Assembly: GCF_030013205.1 (NCBI RefSeq)
Contig: NZ_CP122648.1
DNA: 64,000 bases
Reading direction: 5' to 3' (one strand)
Source: Escherichia coli
GTDB taxonomy: Bacteria; Pseudomonadota; Gammaproteobacteria; Enterobacterales; Enterobacteriaceae
The notes below the pieces were generated by a model that worked only from the letters and a program-made list of their open reading frames with translations, made no database searches and was not told the DNA's origin. Positions 1 through 10,837 of the stretch are shown in pieces. The position numbers and the translations under genes were made by a program. Each line of letters starts with the position of its first letter. The stretch's first letter is position 1.

Positions 1-245
1 CACCGCCGGAGCAGTTCCGTGTGCCGATGATGGTCTGGATGTCAGATAAATATCTAGAAAATCCGGCCAATGCGCAGGCATTTGCGCAGCTGAAAAAAGA
101 AGCCGACATGAAAGTGCCACGCCGTCATGTAGAGCTGTACGACACCATCATGGGTTGTCTTGGCTATACTTCACCGGATGGTGGAATTAACGAAAACAAC
201 AACTGGTGCCACATCCCGCAGGCAAGAGAGGCGGCGGCTAACTAA
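1..245 (+). CDS. eptB: Kdo2-lipid A phosphoethanolamine transferase EptB, C-terminal end. The CDS starts upstream of the window.
   Basis: The open frame runs from the window edge to the stop at 243-245. It has a sulfatase-type C-terminal sequence (..[12 protein letters not shown]..). Its position next to proK and dppA matches K-12 synteny. Confidence 0.8.
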   Translation, partial: PPEQFRVPMMVWMSDKYLENPANAQAFAQLKKEADMKVPRRHVELYDTIMGCLGYTSPDGGINENNNWCHIPQAREAAAN

Positions 246-336
246 GAGGCCTGCTGACTTTCTCGCCGATCAAAAGGCATTTTGCTATTAAGGGATTGAC
301 GAGGGCGTATCTGCGCAGTAAGATGCGCCCCGCATT

Positions 337-755
<419 letters not shown>

Positions 756-1345
756 GCACCGCACTCATTGTGGGATACAGCGTATCCGTCTTATCCGATC
801 TAAACGGCAACACACCACACATTTCCCTGCCAAATTTGCGCCCCATATCTCACTATCCATTAATGGATTTGTGACAGAAACCATTGTCTTTTTTTATATT
901 TGCTTAAATCTTTTTTTGCGTTACTTATGACTGGCGCTGGCATTTTCCGCTGTGCGTTTTAGCGTTCATGGTATTAATCGCTCAGATATCCACCTTTTCC
1001 TCAGATTTTTTTCACTAAATGCATAAAACTTAATCACCAAATGTTGCTAAATATTAAGCTGATTGTTCTGGTCATGTTGGAGTAGCACAAATTTCTCTGC
1101 TGCAAATAGCGGTTTGAAGTTTTTTTAATCTTTGTTTGTGGATTCTCACCGTTGGTGTAAATCCCGGTTGGCTGTATTGACGTTTTCACATTCTGTTGAC
1201 AGATTGTAGGTCACGAGGGGCATTTTATGGAGGATCCGCACTGTTACACTGATGTTAATTAGTACGGCATCCCCACCTCATAACGTTGACCCGACCGGGC
1301 AAAAAACAAAAAAGGTCAGGCGGCGACAACCCACTGCAAAGGGTT

Positions 1346-1370
1346 AAAACAACAAACATCACAATTGGAG
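1346..1370 (+). promoter_or_regulatory. C/A-rich dppA leader element plus Shine-Dalgarno sequence; known GcvB sRNA target region
   Basis: AAAACAACAAACATCACAATTGGAG lies immediately upstream of the dppA ATG. GcvB is known to pair with C/A-rich elements of the dppA leader. Confidence 0.55.
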
Positions 1371-1377
1371 CAGAATA

Positions 1378-2985
1378 ATGCGTATTTCCTTGAAAAAGTC
1401 AGGGATGCTGAAGCTTGGTCTCAGCCTGGTGGCTATGACCGTCGCAGCAAGTGTTCAGGCTAAAACTCTGGTTTATTGCTCAGAAGGATCTCCGGAAGGG
1501 TTTAACCCGCAGTTGTTTACCTCCGGTACTACCTATGACGCCTCTTCCGTGCCGCTTTATAACCGCCTGGTTGAATTTAAAATCGGCACCACCGAAGTGA
1601 TCCCGGGCCTCGCTGAAAAGTGGGAAGTCAGCGAAGACGGTAAAACCTATACCTTCCATCTGCGTAAAGGTGTGAAGTGGCACGACAATAAAGAATTCAA
1701 ACCGACGCGCGAACTGAACGCCGATGACGTGGTGTTCTCGTTCGATCGTCAGAAAAACGCGCAAAACCCGTACCATAAAGTTTCTGGCGGTAGCTACGAA
1801 TACTTTGAAGGCATGGGCTTGCCGGAGCTGATCAGCGAAGTGAAAAAGGTGGACGACAACACCGTTCAGTTTGTGCTGACTCGACCGGAAGCGCCGTTCC
1901 TCGCTGACCTGGCAATGGACTTCGCCTCTATTCTGTCAAAAGAATATGCTGACGCGATGATGAAAGCCGGTACACCGGAAAAACTGGACCTCAACCCAAT
2001 CGGCACCGGTCCGTTCCAGTTACAGCAGTACCAAAAAGATTCCCGTATCCGCTACAAAGCGTTTGATGGCTACTGGGGCACCAAACCGCAGATCGATACG
2101 CTGGTTTTCTCTATTACCCCTGATGCTTCCGTGCGTTACGCGAAATTGCAGAAGAATGAATGCCAGGTGATGCCGTACCCGAACCCGGCAGATATCGCTC
2201 GCATGAAGCAGGATAAATCCATCAATCTGATGGAAATGCCGGGGCTTAACGTCGGCTATCTTTCATATAACGTGCAGAAAAAACCACTTGATGACGTGAA
2301 AGTTCGCCAGGCTCTGACCTACGCGGTGAACAAAGACGCTATCATCAAAGCGGTTTATCAGGGCGCGGGCGTGGCAGCGAAAAACCTGATCCCGCCAACC
2401 ATGTGGGGCTATAACGACGACGTTCAGGACTACACCTACGATCCCGAAAAAGCGAAAGCCTTGCTGAAAGAAGCGGGCCTGGAAAAAGGCTTCTCCATCG
2501 ACCTGTGGGCAATGCCGGTACAACGTCCGTATAACCCGAATGCTCGACGCATGGCAGAGATGATTCAGGCAGACTGGGCGAAAGTGGGCGTGCAGGCCAA
2601 AATTGTCACCTACGAATGGGGTGAGTATCTCAAGCGTGCGAAAGATGGCGAGCATCAGACGGTAATGATGGGCTGGACTGGCGACAACGGGGATCCGGAT
2701 AACTTCTTCGCCACCCTGTTCAGCTGCGCCGCCTCTGAACAAGGCTCCAACTACTCAAAATGGTGCTACAAACCGTTTGAAGATCTGATTCAACCGGCGC
2801 GTGCTACCGACGACCATAACAAACGCGTTGAACTGTACAAGCAAGCGCAGGTGGTGATGCACGATCAGGCTCCGGCACTGATCATCGCTCACTCCACCGT
2901 GTTTGAACCGGTACGCAAAGAAGTTAAAGGCTATGTGGTTGATCCATTAGGCAAACATCACTTCGAAAACGTCTCTATCGAATAA
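1378..2985 (+). CDS. dppA: Periplasmic dipeptide-binding protein DppA
   Basis: The 535-aa ORF has a signal peptide (..ASVQA/KT). The sequence is recognised as E. coli DppA, and it is the first gene of the dpp operon. Confidence 0.98.
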   Translation: MRISLKKSGMLKLGLSLVAMTVAASVQAKTLVYCSEGSPEGFNPQLFTSGTTYDASSVPLYNRLVEFKIGTTEVIPGLAEKWEVSEDGKTYTFHLRKGVKWHDNKEFKPTRELNADDVVFSFDRQKNAQNPYHKVSGGSYEYFEGMGLPELISEVKKVDDNTVQFVLTRPEAPFLADLAMDFASILSKEYADAMMKAGTPEKLDLNPIGTGPFQLQQYQKDSRIRYKAFDGYWGTKPQIDTLVFSITPDASVRYAKLQKNECQVMPYPNPADIARMKQDKSINLMEMPGLNVGYLSYNVQKKPLDDVKVRQALTYAVNKDAIIKAVYQGAGVAAKNLIPPTMWGYNDDVQDYTYDPEKAKALLKEAGLEKGFSIDLWAMPVQRPYNPNARRMAEMIQADWAKVGVQAKIVTYEWGEYLKRAKDGEHQTVMMGWTGDNGDPDNFFATLFSCAASEQGSNYSKWCYKPFEDLIQPARATDDHNKRVELYKQAQVVMHDQAPALIIAHSTVFEPVRKEVKGYVVDPLGKHHFENVSIE

Positions 2986-3000
2986 TTAAAAGCCATACCC

Positions 3001-3033
3001 GGTGGCGCTGCATCTCTGCGTGCAGCGCCATCC
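3001..3033 (+). promoter_or_regulatory. GC-rich stem-loop in the dppA-dppB spacer; likely an intra-operon attenuator or mRNA stabiliser, REP-like
   Basis: GGTGGCGCTGCA..TGCAGCGCCATC forms an imperfect 12-bp inverted repeat with an 8-nt loop. Confidence 0.5.
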
Positions 3034-3135
3034 GGCAGCAATACTTCATTCCCTGTCCGGCACGGGCGGGAATTGATTTGTGAGCAATACAGACACGCAG
3101 TTCCAGGCTGCGGGTCACTACAGAGAATCCGGGTT

Positions 3136-4155
3136 ATGTTGCAGTTTATTCTCCGACGTTTGGGACTCGTCATCCCCACGTTTATCGGTATTACCCTTCT
3201 CACATTTGCCTTTGTCCACATGATCCCGGGCGATCCGGTGATGATCATGGCGGGCGAACGTGGGATCTCCCCAGAGCGTCACGCGCAGCTGCTGGCTGAA
3301 CTCGGCTTAGATAAACCGATGTGGCAGCAGTATCTCAATTACATTTGGAGCGTAATGCACGGCGATTTAGGCATTTCGATGAAAAGCCGCATCCCGGTTT
3401 GGGAAGAGTTCGTGCCGCGCTTTCAGGCCACGCTGGAGCTTGGTGTCTGCGCGATGATTTTTGCGACTGCGGTCGGTATTCCAGTCGGTGTGCTGGCTGC
3501 GGTTAAACGCGGTTCCATTTTCGATCACACGGCGGTTGGTCTGGCGCTGACCGGCTACTCGATGCCGATCTTCTGGTGGGGCATGATGCTGATCATGCTG
3601 GTTTCGGTGCACTGGAACCTGACGCCCGTCTCCGGTCGCGTGAGCGACATGGTGTTCCTCGATGATTCCAATCCGTTAACCGGTTTTATGCTAATCGACA
3701 CCGCCATCTGGGGTGAAGACGGTAACTTTATCGATGCCGTCGCCCATATGATCCTGCCCGCCATTGTGCTGGGTACTATCCCGCTGGCGGTCATTGTACG
3801 TATGACACGCTCCTCGATGCTGGAAGTGCTGGGTGAAGATTACATCCGCACCGCGCGCGCCAAAGGGTTGGCCCGCATGCGGGTGATTATCGTCCATGCT
3901 CTGCGTAACGCGATGCTGCCGGTAGTGACCGTTATCGGCCTGCAGGTGGGAACATTGCTGGCGGGGGCGATTCTGACCGAAACCATCTTCTCGTGGCCCG
4001 GTCTGGGGCGCTGGTTGATTGACGCACTGCAACGCCGCGACTATCCGGTAGTGCAGGGCGGCGTATTGCTGGTGGCGACGATGATTATCCTCGTCAACTT
4101 GCTGGTCGATCTGCTGTACGGCGTGGTGAACCCGCGTATTCGTCATAAGAAGTAA
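3136..4155 (+). CDS. dppB: Dipeptide ABC transporter permease DppB
   Basis: The 339-aa protein starts at the internal ATG (MLQFILRRLGLV..) of the 3073-4155 ORF. It has ABC permease TM topology and dpp operon context. Confidence 0.95.
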   Translation: MLQFILRRLGLVIPTFIGITLLTFAFVHMIPGDPVMIMAGERGISPERHAQLLAELGLDKPMWQQYLNYIWSVMHGDLGISMKSRIPVWEEFVPRFQATLELGVCAMIFATAVGIPVGVLAAVKRGSIFDHTAVGLALTGYSMPIFWWGMMLIMLVSVHWNLTPVSGRVSDMVFLDDSNPLTGFMLIDTAIWGEDGNFIDAVAHMILPAIVLGTIPLAVIVRMTRSSMLEVLGEDYIRTARAKGLARMRVIIVHALRNAMLPVVTVIGLQVGTLLAGAILTETIFSWPGLGRWLIDALQRRDYPVVQGGVLLVATMIILVNLLVDLLYGVVNPRIRHKK

Positions 4156-4164
4156 GGGGACATC

Positions 4165-5067
4165 ATGTCACAGGTTACTGAAAATAAAGTGATTAGCGCA
4201 CCGGTGCCGATGACCCCGTTACAGGAGTTCTGGCACTATTTTAAACGCAACAAAGGCGCGGTCGTCGGGCTGGTTTACGTCGTCATCGTGCTGTTTATCG
4301 CGATCTTTGCCAACTGGATTGCACCCTATAACCCGGCGGAACAGTTCCGCGATGCACTGCTCGCCCCGCCAGCCTGGCAGGAAGGCGGCAGCATGGCGCA
4401 CTTGCTGGGCACCGATGACGTAGGCCGTGATGTGCTGTCGCGTCTGATGTACGGTGCGCGATTGTCACTGCTGGTTGGCTGTCTGGTAGTTGTGTTATCG
4501 CTGATTATGGGCGTTATTCTCGGCCTGATCGCCGGTTACTTCGGCGGCCTGGTCGATAACATCATCATGCGCGTGGTCGATATCATGCTGGCGCTACCAA
4601 GTCTGCTGTTGGCACTGGTGCTGGTGGCGATTTTCGGCCCGTCGATTGGTAACGCCGCGCTGGCGCTGACCTTCGTTGCCTTGCCGCACTATGTGCGCTT
4701 AACACGCGCCGCCGTGCTGGTGGAGGTGAATCGCGATTACGTTACCGCGTCTCGCGTGGCAGGTGCCGGGGCGATGCGTCAGATGTTTATTAACATCTTC
4801 CCGAACTGCCTTGCGCCTCTGATTGTTCAGGCGTCGCTCGGTTTCTCTAACGCCATTCTCGATATGGCTGCTCTTGGTTTCCTCGGCATGGGGGCGCAGC
4901 CGCCAACGCCGGAGTGGGGCACCATGCTCTCCGACGTGTTGCAGTTCGCGCAAAGCGCCTGGTGGGTCGTGACCTTCCCGGGTCTGGCGATCCTGCTGAC
5001 GGTGCTGGCATTTAACCTGATGGGTGACGGTCTGCGTGACGCGCTCGATCCCAAACTGAAGCAGTAA
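4165..5067 (+). CDS. dppC: Dipeptide ABC transporter permease DppC
   Basis: The 300-aa ORF is recognised as the E. coli DppC sequence. Confidence 0.97.
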   Translation: MSQVTENKVISAPVPMTPLQEFWHYFKRNKGAVVGLVYVVIVLFIAIFANWIAPYNPAEQFRDALLAPPAWQEGGSMAHLLGTDDVGRDVLSRLMYGARLSLLVGCLVVVLSLIMGVILGLIAGYFGGLVDNIIMRVVDIMLALPSLLLALVLVAIFGPSIGNAALALTFVALPHYVRLTRAAVLVEVNRDYVTASRVAGAGAMRQMFINIFPNCLAPLIVQASLGFSNAILDMAALGFLGMGAQPPTPEWGTMLSDVLQFAQSAWWVVTFPGLAILLTVLAFNLMGDGLRDALDPKLKQ

Positions 5068-5077
5068 GAGGTTCGAG

Positions 5078-6057
<980 letters not shown>

Positions 6058-6061
<4 letters not shown>

Positions 6062-7062
6062 GTACGCATGAGGCCACCTCGCAACAACCGCTGTTGCAGG
6101 CTATCGACCTGAAAAAACATTATCCGGTGAAGAAAGGTATGTTCGCTCCGGAACGTCTGGTGAAGGCGCTGGATGGCGTTTCGTTTAACCTTGAACGTGG
6201 CAAAACGCTGGCGGTAGTAGGTGAATCCGGCTGCGGTAAATCTACCCTCGGTCGGTTGCTTACGATGATCGAAACGCCCACCGGCGGTGAGCTGTATTAC
6301 CAGGGGCAGGATCTGCTCAAGCACGATCCGCAGGCGCAGAAGCTGCGTCGGCAGAAAATCCAGATCGTCTTCCAGAATCCCTATGGTTCGCTAAATCCGC
6401 GTAAAAAAGTTGGGCAAATTCTTGAAGAGCCGCTGCTTATTAATACCAGCTTAAGCAAAGAACAGCGTCGGGAAAAAGCCCTGTCGATGATGGCGAAAGT
6501 CGGCCTGAAAACCGAGCATTACGACCGCTATCCGCATATGTTCTCCGGCGGTCAGCGTCAGCGTATCGCCATTGCCCGTGGTCTGATGCTCGACCCGGAT
6601 GTGGTGATTGCCGATGAACCGGTTTCCGCGCTGGACGTTTCAGTGCGTGCGCAGGTGCTGAATCTGATGATGGATTTGCAGCAGGAGTTGGGGCTGTCTT
6701 ATGTCTTTATCTCGCACGACCTGTCAGTGGTTGAGCACATTGCCGATGAAGTGATGGTGATGTACCTGGGCCGCTGCGTGGAGAAGGGAACGAAGGACCA
6801 AATCTTCAATAACCCGCGTCATCCGTACACTCAGGCGCTACTCTCCGCGACGCCGCGCCTGAACCCGGACGATCGCCGCGAGCGCATCAAGCTCACCGGT
6901 GAACTGCCAAGCCCGCTCAATCCACCGCCGGGCTGCGCGTTTAACGCCCGCTGTCGTCGGCGCTTCGGCCCCTGCACCCAGTTGCAGCCGCAGCTAAAAG
7001 ACTACGGCGGTCAACTGGTAGCTTGTTTTGCTGTTGATCAGGATGAAAATCCGCAGCGTTAA
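6058..7062 (+). CDS. dppF: Dipeptide ABC transporter ATPase DppF
   Basis: The 334-aa ORF has Walker A GESGCGKS and the signature FSGGQRQR. Its start overlaps the dppD stop (ATGA). Confidence 0.97.
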
Positions 7063-7091
7063 CTCACAAAACCGGGGCCGTGCGCTCCGGT

Positions 7092-8363
7092 TTACTCAAT
7101 CAGCTTCAACAGTGGCGACAAGCATAGCAAAATGCCGTAAAGCAGAATCAGCCAGGCTTTAAATCCGCGAAGTTTTTCCAGTTGTGCGACTTTATAGATC
7201 AGGAAAAACGGAATGAGGCACGACACAATGCCATATAACGGGCTTCCCAACTGAAAGAACACCAGCACCGATACACGAAACGAAACCCAAATCGTCAACG
7301 TAATGACGATAAAAGCGCAGATCGCCAGAGTCAGCACGCGTGAATTAATTTTCTTGGTATCAATAATTCGGCTTAACAGATTGAGAATAATGCCTTTAAT
7401 GGCCTCGTGGAAACCGAGATAAATGCCAAAGAATGCGGTCAGTACGGCAAAGATATTCAGCACCGTAGAGGTGATATGAATGATATGCCCAGGGATCACC
7501 TGCGCGGCCAGTGCCAGTGCCGAGATATTTTGTTCAAAGGCAGAAACGGCTTCTTCGTGGCTAATTGAGAAGGTAAACGAAAAGGCAAAAAACAGGATCA
7601 CCGCAATGAGCGTGATATAACTAATTCGGTGGGTACGCAGCGCGAGCCGGGTTGCCAGTACTTTATCTGCTTCCCGTTTACGATAGGCAATATTCATTGG
7701 GTTAAGTACCTGAATAAATACTGCAGAAAAGAAGCAAAATGGAATGGTAAGCAGGACATCGCGGAAAAAGACGGAGGCTTGCGGGAAGGCGGTTATATTG
7801 GCGAAATTCCAGTGCGGGATCATCGCAAAACCGAACACGACAATAATCCCTACTTTGACCACCACCATTGGCCCGGAAATCTTAAACAGTAATCGTTCAC
7901 CACCAGACGCAATTGCCACCAGTACGGCGAAAATGGCGACTTTATAAAGTAGAGATTGTGAAAGATCGGCATCGGTTAAACCGAAGGTTTTCAGGTACGA
8001 GGCGCTGTCGAAAACCACGGAGAGAGAGTAGATAAAAATCCCGTGGATAATCATCAAAAAGTAGATAACCCCGAGGAAAATTCCCCAGTTCTTCCCCAGG
8101 TAATGACTGATAATATCGGTGTAGTCATTACAGGAATCGCTTTCAGAAAGGGTTTTTAAATAAATGTCCTGCACTACCCAGGTGGCAGGATAAGCAATGA
8201 TCGCTGCGGTAATAAATACCCAAATTCCCTTCAAGCCAATTTGTACTGGCATCAGCACGGTTCCGGCACCAATCGCCATGCCTATGCATAATAAAACCCA
8301 GCCGAAGTCGTAGCGTGTAAACGGCAATTTCTGATTGTGTTTCGGTAGTGTGTTGTGCTGCAT
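7092..8363 (-). CDS. yhjV: Putative amino-acid (serine/threonine-type, HAAAP family) transporter YhjV
   Basis: The 423-aa protein starts at the internal Met ([12 protein letters not shown]..) of the 444-aa ORF. It is a polytopic membrane protein in the K-12 synteny position. Confidence 0.9.
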   Translation of the reverse strand: MQHNTLPKHNQKLPFTRYDFGWVLLCIGMAIGAGTVLMPVQIGLKGIWVFITAAIIAYPATWVVQDIYLKTLSESDSCNDYTDIISHYLGKNWGIFLGVIYFLMIIHGIFIYSLSVVFDSASYLKTFGLTDADLSQSLLYKVAIFAVLVAIASGGERLLFKISGPMVVVKVGIIVVFGFAMIPHWNFANITAFPQASVFFRDVLLTIPFCFFSAVFIQVLNPMNIAYRKREADKVLATRLALRTHRISYITLIAVILFFAFSFTFSISHEEAVSAFEQNISALALAAQVIPGHIIHITSTVLNIFAVLTAFFGIYLGFHEAIKGIILNLLSRIIDTKKINSRVLTLAICAFIVITLTIWVSFRVSVLVFFQLGSPLYGIVSCLIPFFLIYKVAQLEKLRGFKAWLILLYGILLCLSPLLKLIE

Positions 8364-8720
8364 AAAGTCCTGTCCAGAAAGAAGTCGGCCTCGCAAAAAT
8401 GAATAAACCCAGTTTCTCTTGCGCAACAGGTGGAGAAGTCGAATACGCAGTATGTAAAAAATGAGGCAACAGATTCACTGGGGAGGTCGCGAGGAGGCGC
8501 AATTCTACAAAATTGCGCATTTCACTACCAGTCTGGAGTCAGCTCGGATATGAACTGCAACTATTGCAAATAAAGAAATTAAGCTGGAAGGCATCGCGCA
8601 ATGAGGAAGATTGCCGGGTGCTGACGGTAAAAAGCAATCGTAAAATCAGCGGCAAGCCGGAAAGGTTCCGGTGAGGCGCAATGTTGCGGGGGCTTAATCC
8701 CTGGTGGCATTGGTTGCTGG

Positions 8721-8790
8721 AGAGAGAAAACCCCCGCACGTTGCAGGTATGCACCTGACAACATCACGGGGGCTAATCTTGAACCTAGAC
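8721..8790 (-). ncRNA. rdlD: Rdl antisense RNA, copy 1 (ends approximate)
   Basis: The reverse complement reads GTCTAGG..AGATTAGCCCCCGTGATGTTGTCAGGTGCATACCTGCAACGTGCGGGGGTTTTCTCTCT. This matches the remembered RdlD sequence and carries a terminator-like GGGGG hairpin and U-tract. Confidence 0.7.
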
Positions 8791-8838
8791 CACTCAAGAA
8801 TAGCCGCGAAACGTTGTCATTACAACACAGGCGGCTAT

Positions 8839-8946
8839 ATGACGCTCGCAGAACTGGGCATGGCCTTCTGGCATGATTTAGCGGCTCCGGTCATTGCTGG
8901 CATTCTTGCCAGCATGATCGTGAACTGGCTGAATAAGCGGAAGTAA
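8839..8946 (+). CDS. ldrD: Type I toxin Ldr (LdrD-type 35-aa peptide), copy 1
   Basis: It encodes MTLAELGMAFWHDLAAPVIAGILASMIVNWLNKRK, which closely resembles the K-12 LdrD peptide. Confidence 0.9.
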   Translation: MTLAELGMAFWHDLAAPVIAGILASMIVNWLNKRK

Positions 8947-9203
8947 CGTGTCAGACGGGCGTCAGGCTGCCGTAATGGCAAGTTGCGTCCGGATCAGGCC
9001 GCAGGGATAAAACTCTGCGGCCTTTTTCGTAAGAAAAATGCAACGGTTGCAAGCGGATAATATTCTGCGGAATGCGCAGCACAGAGTGAAGACGTGACGG
9101 ATTCCGGAACAGAAAAACAGTCGTAGAATCAGCGGCAAGCCGGAAAGGTTCCGGTGAGGCGCAATGTTGCGGGGGCTTTATCCCTGGTGGCATTGGTTGC
9201 TGG

Positions 9204-9273
9204 AGAGAGAAAACCCCCGCACGTTGCAGGTATGCACCTGACAACACCACGGGGGCCATTCTTGCATCCAAAC
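9204..9273 (-). ncRNA. Rdl antisense RNA, copy 2 (ends approximate)
   Basis: It is paralogous to copy 1, but its 5' part is diverged (..CCATTCTTGCATCCAAAC on the + strand). Confidence 0.6.
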
Positions 9274-9321
9274 AATACAAGAATAGCCGCGAAACGTTGT
9301 CATTACAACAGAGGCGGCTAT

Positions 9322-9429
9322 ATGACGCTCGCAGAGCTGGGCATGGCCTTCTGGCATGATTTAGCGGCTCCGGTCATTGCTGGCATTCTTGCCAGCATGA
9401 TCGTGAACTGGCTGAATAAGCGGAAGTAA
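9322..9429 (+). CDS. Type I toxin Ldr, copy 2
   Basis: The 35-aa peptide is identical to copy 1. Confidence 0.9.
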   Translation: MTLAELGMAFWHDLAAPVIAGILASMIVNWLNKRK

Positions 9430-9686
9430 CGTGTCAGACGGGCGTCAGGCTGCCGTAATGGCAATTTGCGCCCGGACCAGGCCGCAGGGATAAAACTCTG
9501 CGGCCTTTTTCGTAAGAAAAATGCAACGGTTGCAAGCGGATAATATTCTGCGGAATGCGCAGCACAGAGTGAAGAAGTGATGGATTCCGGAACAGAAAAA
9601 CAGTCGTAGAATCAGCGGCAAGCCGGAAAGGTTCCGGTGAGGCGCAATGTTGCGGGGGCTTAATCCCTGGTGGCATTGGTTGCTGG

Positions 9687-9756
9687 AGAGAGAAAACCCC
9701 CGCACGTTGCAGGTATGCACCTGACAACACCACGGGGGCCATTCTTGCATCTAGAC
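9687..9756 (-). ncRNA. Rdl antisense RNA, copy 3 (ends approximate)
   Basis: It is paralogous to copies 1 and 2. Confidence 0.6.
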
Positions 9757-9804
9757 CATTCAAGAATAGCCGCGAAATGTTGTCATTACAACACAGGCGG
9801 CTAT

Positions 9805-9912
9805 ATGACGCTCGCAGAACTGGGCATGGCCTTCTGGCATGATTTAGCGGCTCCGGTCATTGCTGGCATTCTTGCCAGTATGATCATGAACTGGCTGAAC
9901 AAGCGGAAGTAA
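9805..9912 (+). CDS. Type I toxin Ldr, copy 3
   Basis: The 35-aa peptide has one substitution relative to copies 1 and 2 (..ASMIMNWLNKRK). Confidence 0.9.
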   Translation: MTLAELGMAFWHDLAAPVIAGILASMIMNWLNKRK

Positions 9913-9998
9913 CGTGTCATGCGGGCGTCAGGCTGCCGTAATGGCAATTTGCGCCCGGACCAGGCCGCAGGGGTGAAACTCTGCGGCCTTTTTCGTTC

Positions 9999-10836
9999 TT
10001 ATTGCGGGTAAGGCACCCAGTCGCCGCCGTTCAGGCGAACGTACGGTTTATCCTGGTATTGAATAACTACTGCATTTGAGTTCTCGGAGACCGGTGCTGT
10101 TTGTGGTAACCCACTGGTGAGTTTTTTCCAGTCAACATTGTCTTCGGAGAAAATCTTGCCATCAAGAACGCGAACCACCAGATCGGAGATAGCCAGGAAG
10201 CTGCTCGGTTGGTCGATGACAATCGGTGCCCCCTGATGTGGTGCCTTCATGCCGAAGAATTTCACCCCAACGGGGACGTCTGTGATAGACGGGCTAGGGA
10301 TATCACGTAGGCCAGATACCTGCATTCTGTCGCCCTTCAGCGCGCCACCGTGTTCCGGCACCACTACCACCATCACTTTACGACCCGACTTCTCCAGTTC
10401 AGTAAAGAAGGCGTCCAGCTCATCAAAGAATTTCTGTGCTCGCGCTTTGTAATCCGCTGTTTTGCTGACGCCCGGATAATGGTTGCCGTCATGCAGTGGA
10501 AGCGTGTTGTAGAACGTGGCACTACGGCTGTTTTTATCTTTTTCGGTAACGTCCAGCCAGCGGTTAAGCACGGCGGTATCGTCATAAACCGGCGAACCAT
10601 CAAAGCCCAGCAAAATAACCGGCAGATTTGTTTGATCCATCAATTCGGTCTGCATGCCGCCATTTTCGCGAACTTCTTTCAAAAAACCGCCGAACTGGCC
10701 GTTATGTCCCATCATCAGGTGCTGGGTAAAGCCCAGTTTCGACAGGTTATCAAACAGATAGCAGTCATTATTTGCCGGTTGATACAGATTAGTATGCGAA
10801 GTCTGCCCGCAGCTGGCGCGCAGTAAACGGATCGCC
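9999..10836 (-). pseudogene. bcsG: bcsG remnant: only about the C-terminal 278 codons of the cellulose phosphoethanolamine transferase remain
   Basis: The frame ends ..RLNGGDWVPYPQ* as in BcsG (YhjU). Homology continues upstream of the first Met (..IRLLRASCGQTSHTNLYQPANNDCYLFDNLSKLGFTQHLMMGH..) to about 10836. There it abuts bcsC sequence. The N-terminal TM domain is absent. Confidence 0.85.
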
Positions 10837-10837
10837 G

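Larger units (their letters stand above)
8640..9995. repeat. Three tandem LDR (long direct repeat) units with a period of 483 bp
   Basis: The ldr starts at 8839, 9322 and 9805 are each 483 bp apart. Each unit ends in the hairpin AGGCCGCAG..CTGCGGCCTTTTT. Confidence 0.9.

Noticed and set aside
8951-9763. Two 109-aa minus-strand ORFs, plus 71-101-aa relatives, in the LDR array
   Set aside because: They are repeated because the DNA is repeated. They overlap the ldr mRNA leader and Rdl region, where small RNAs and a 35-aa toxin are the established products. They have no coding-like composition.
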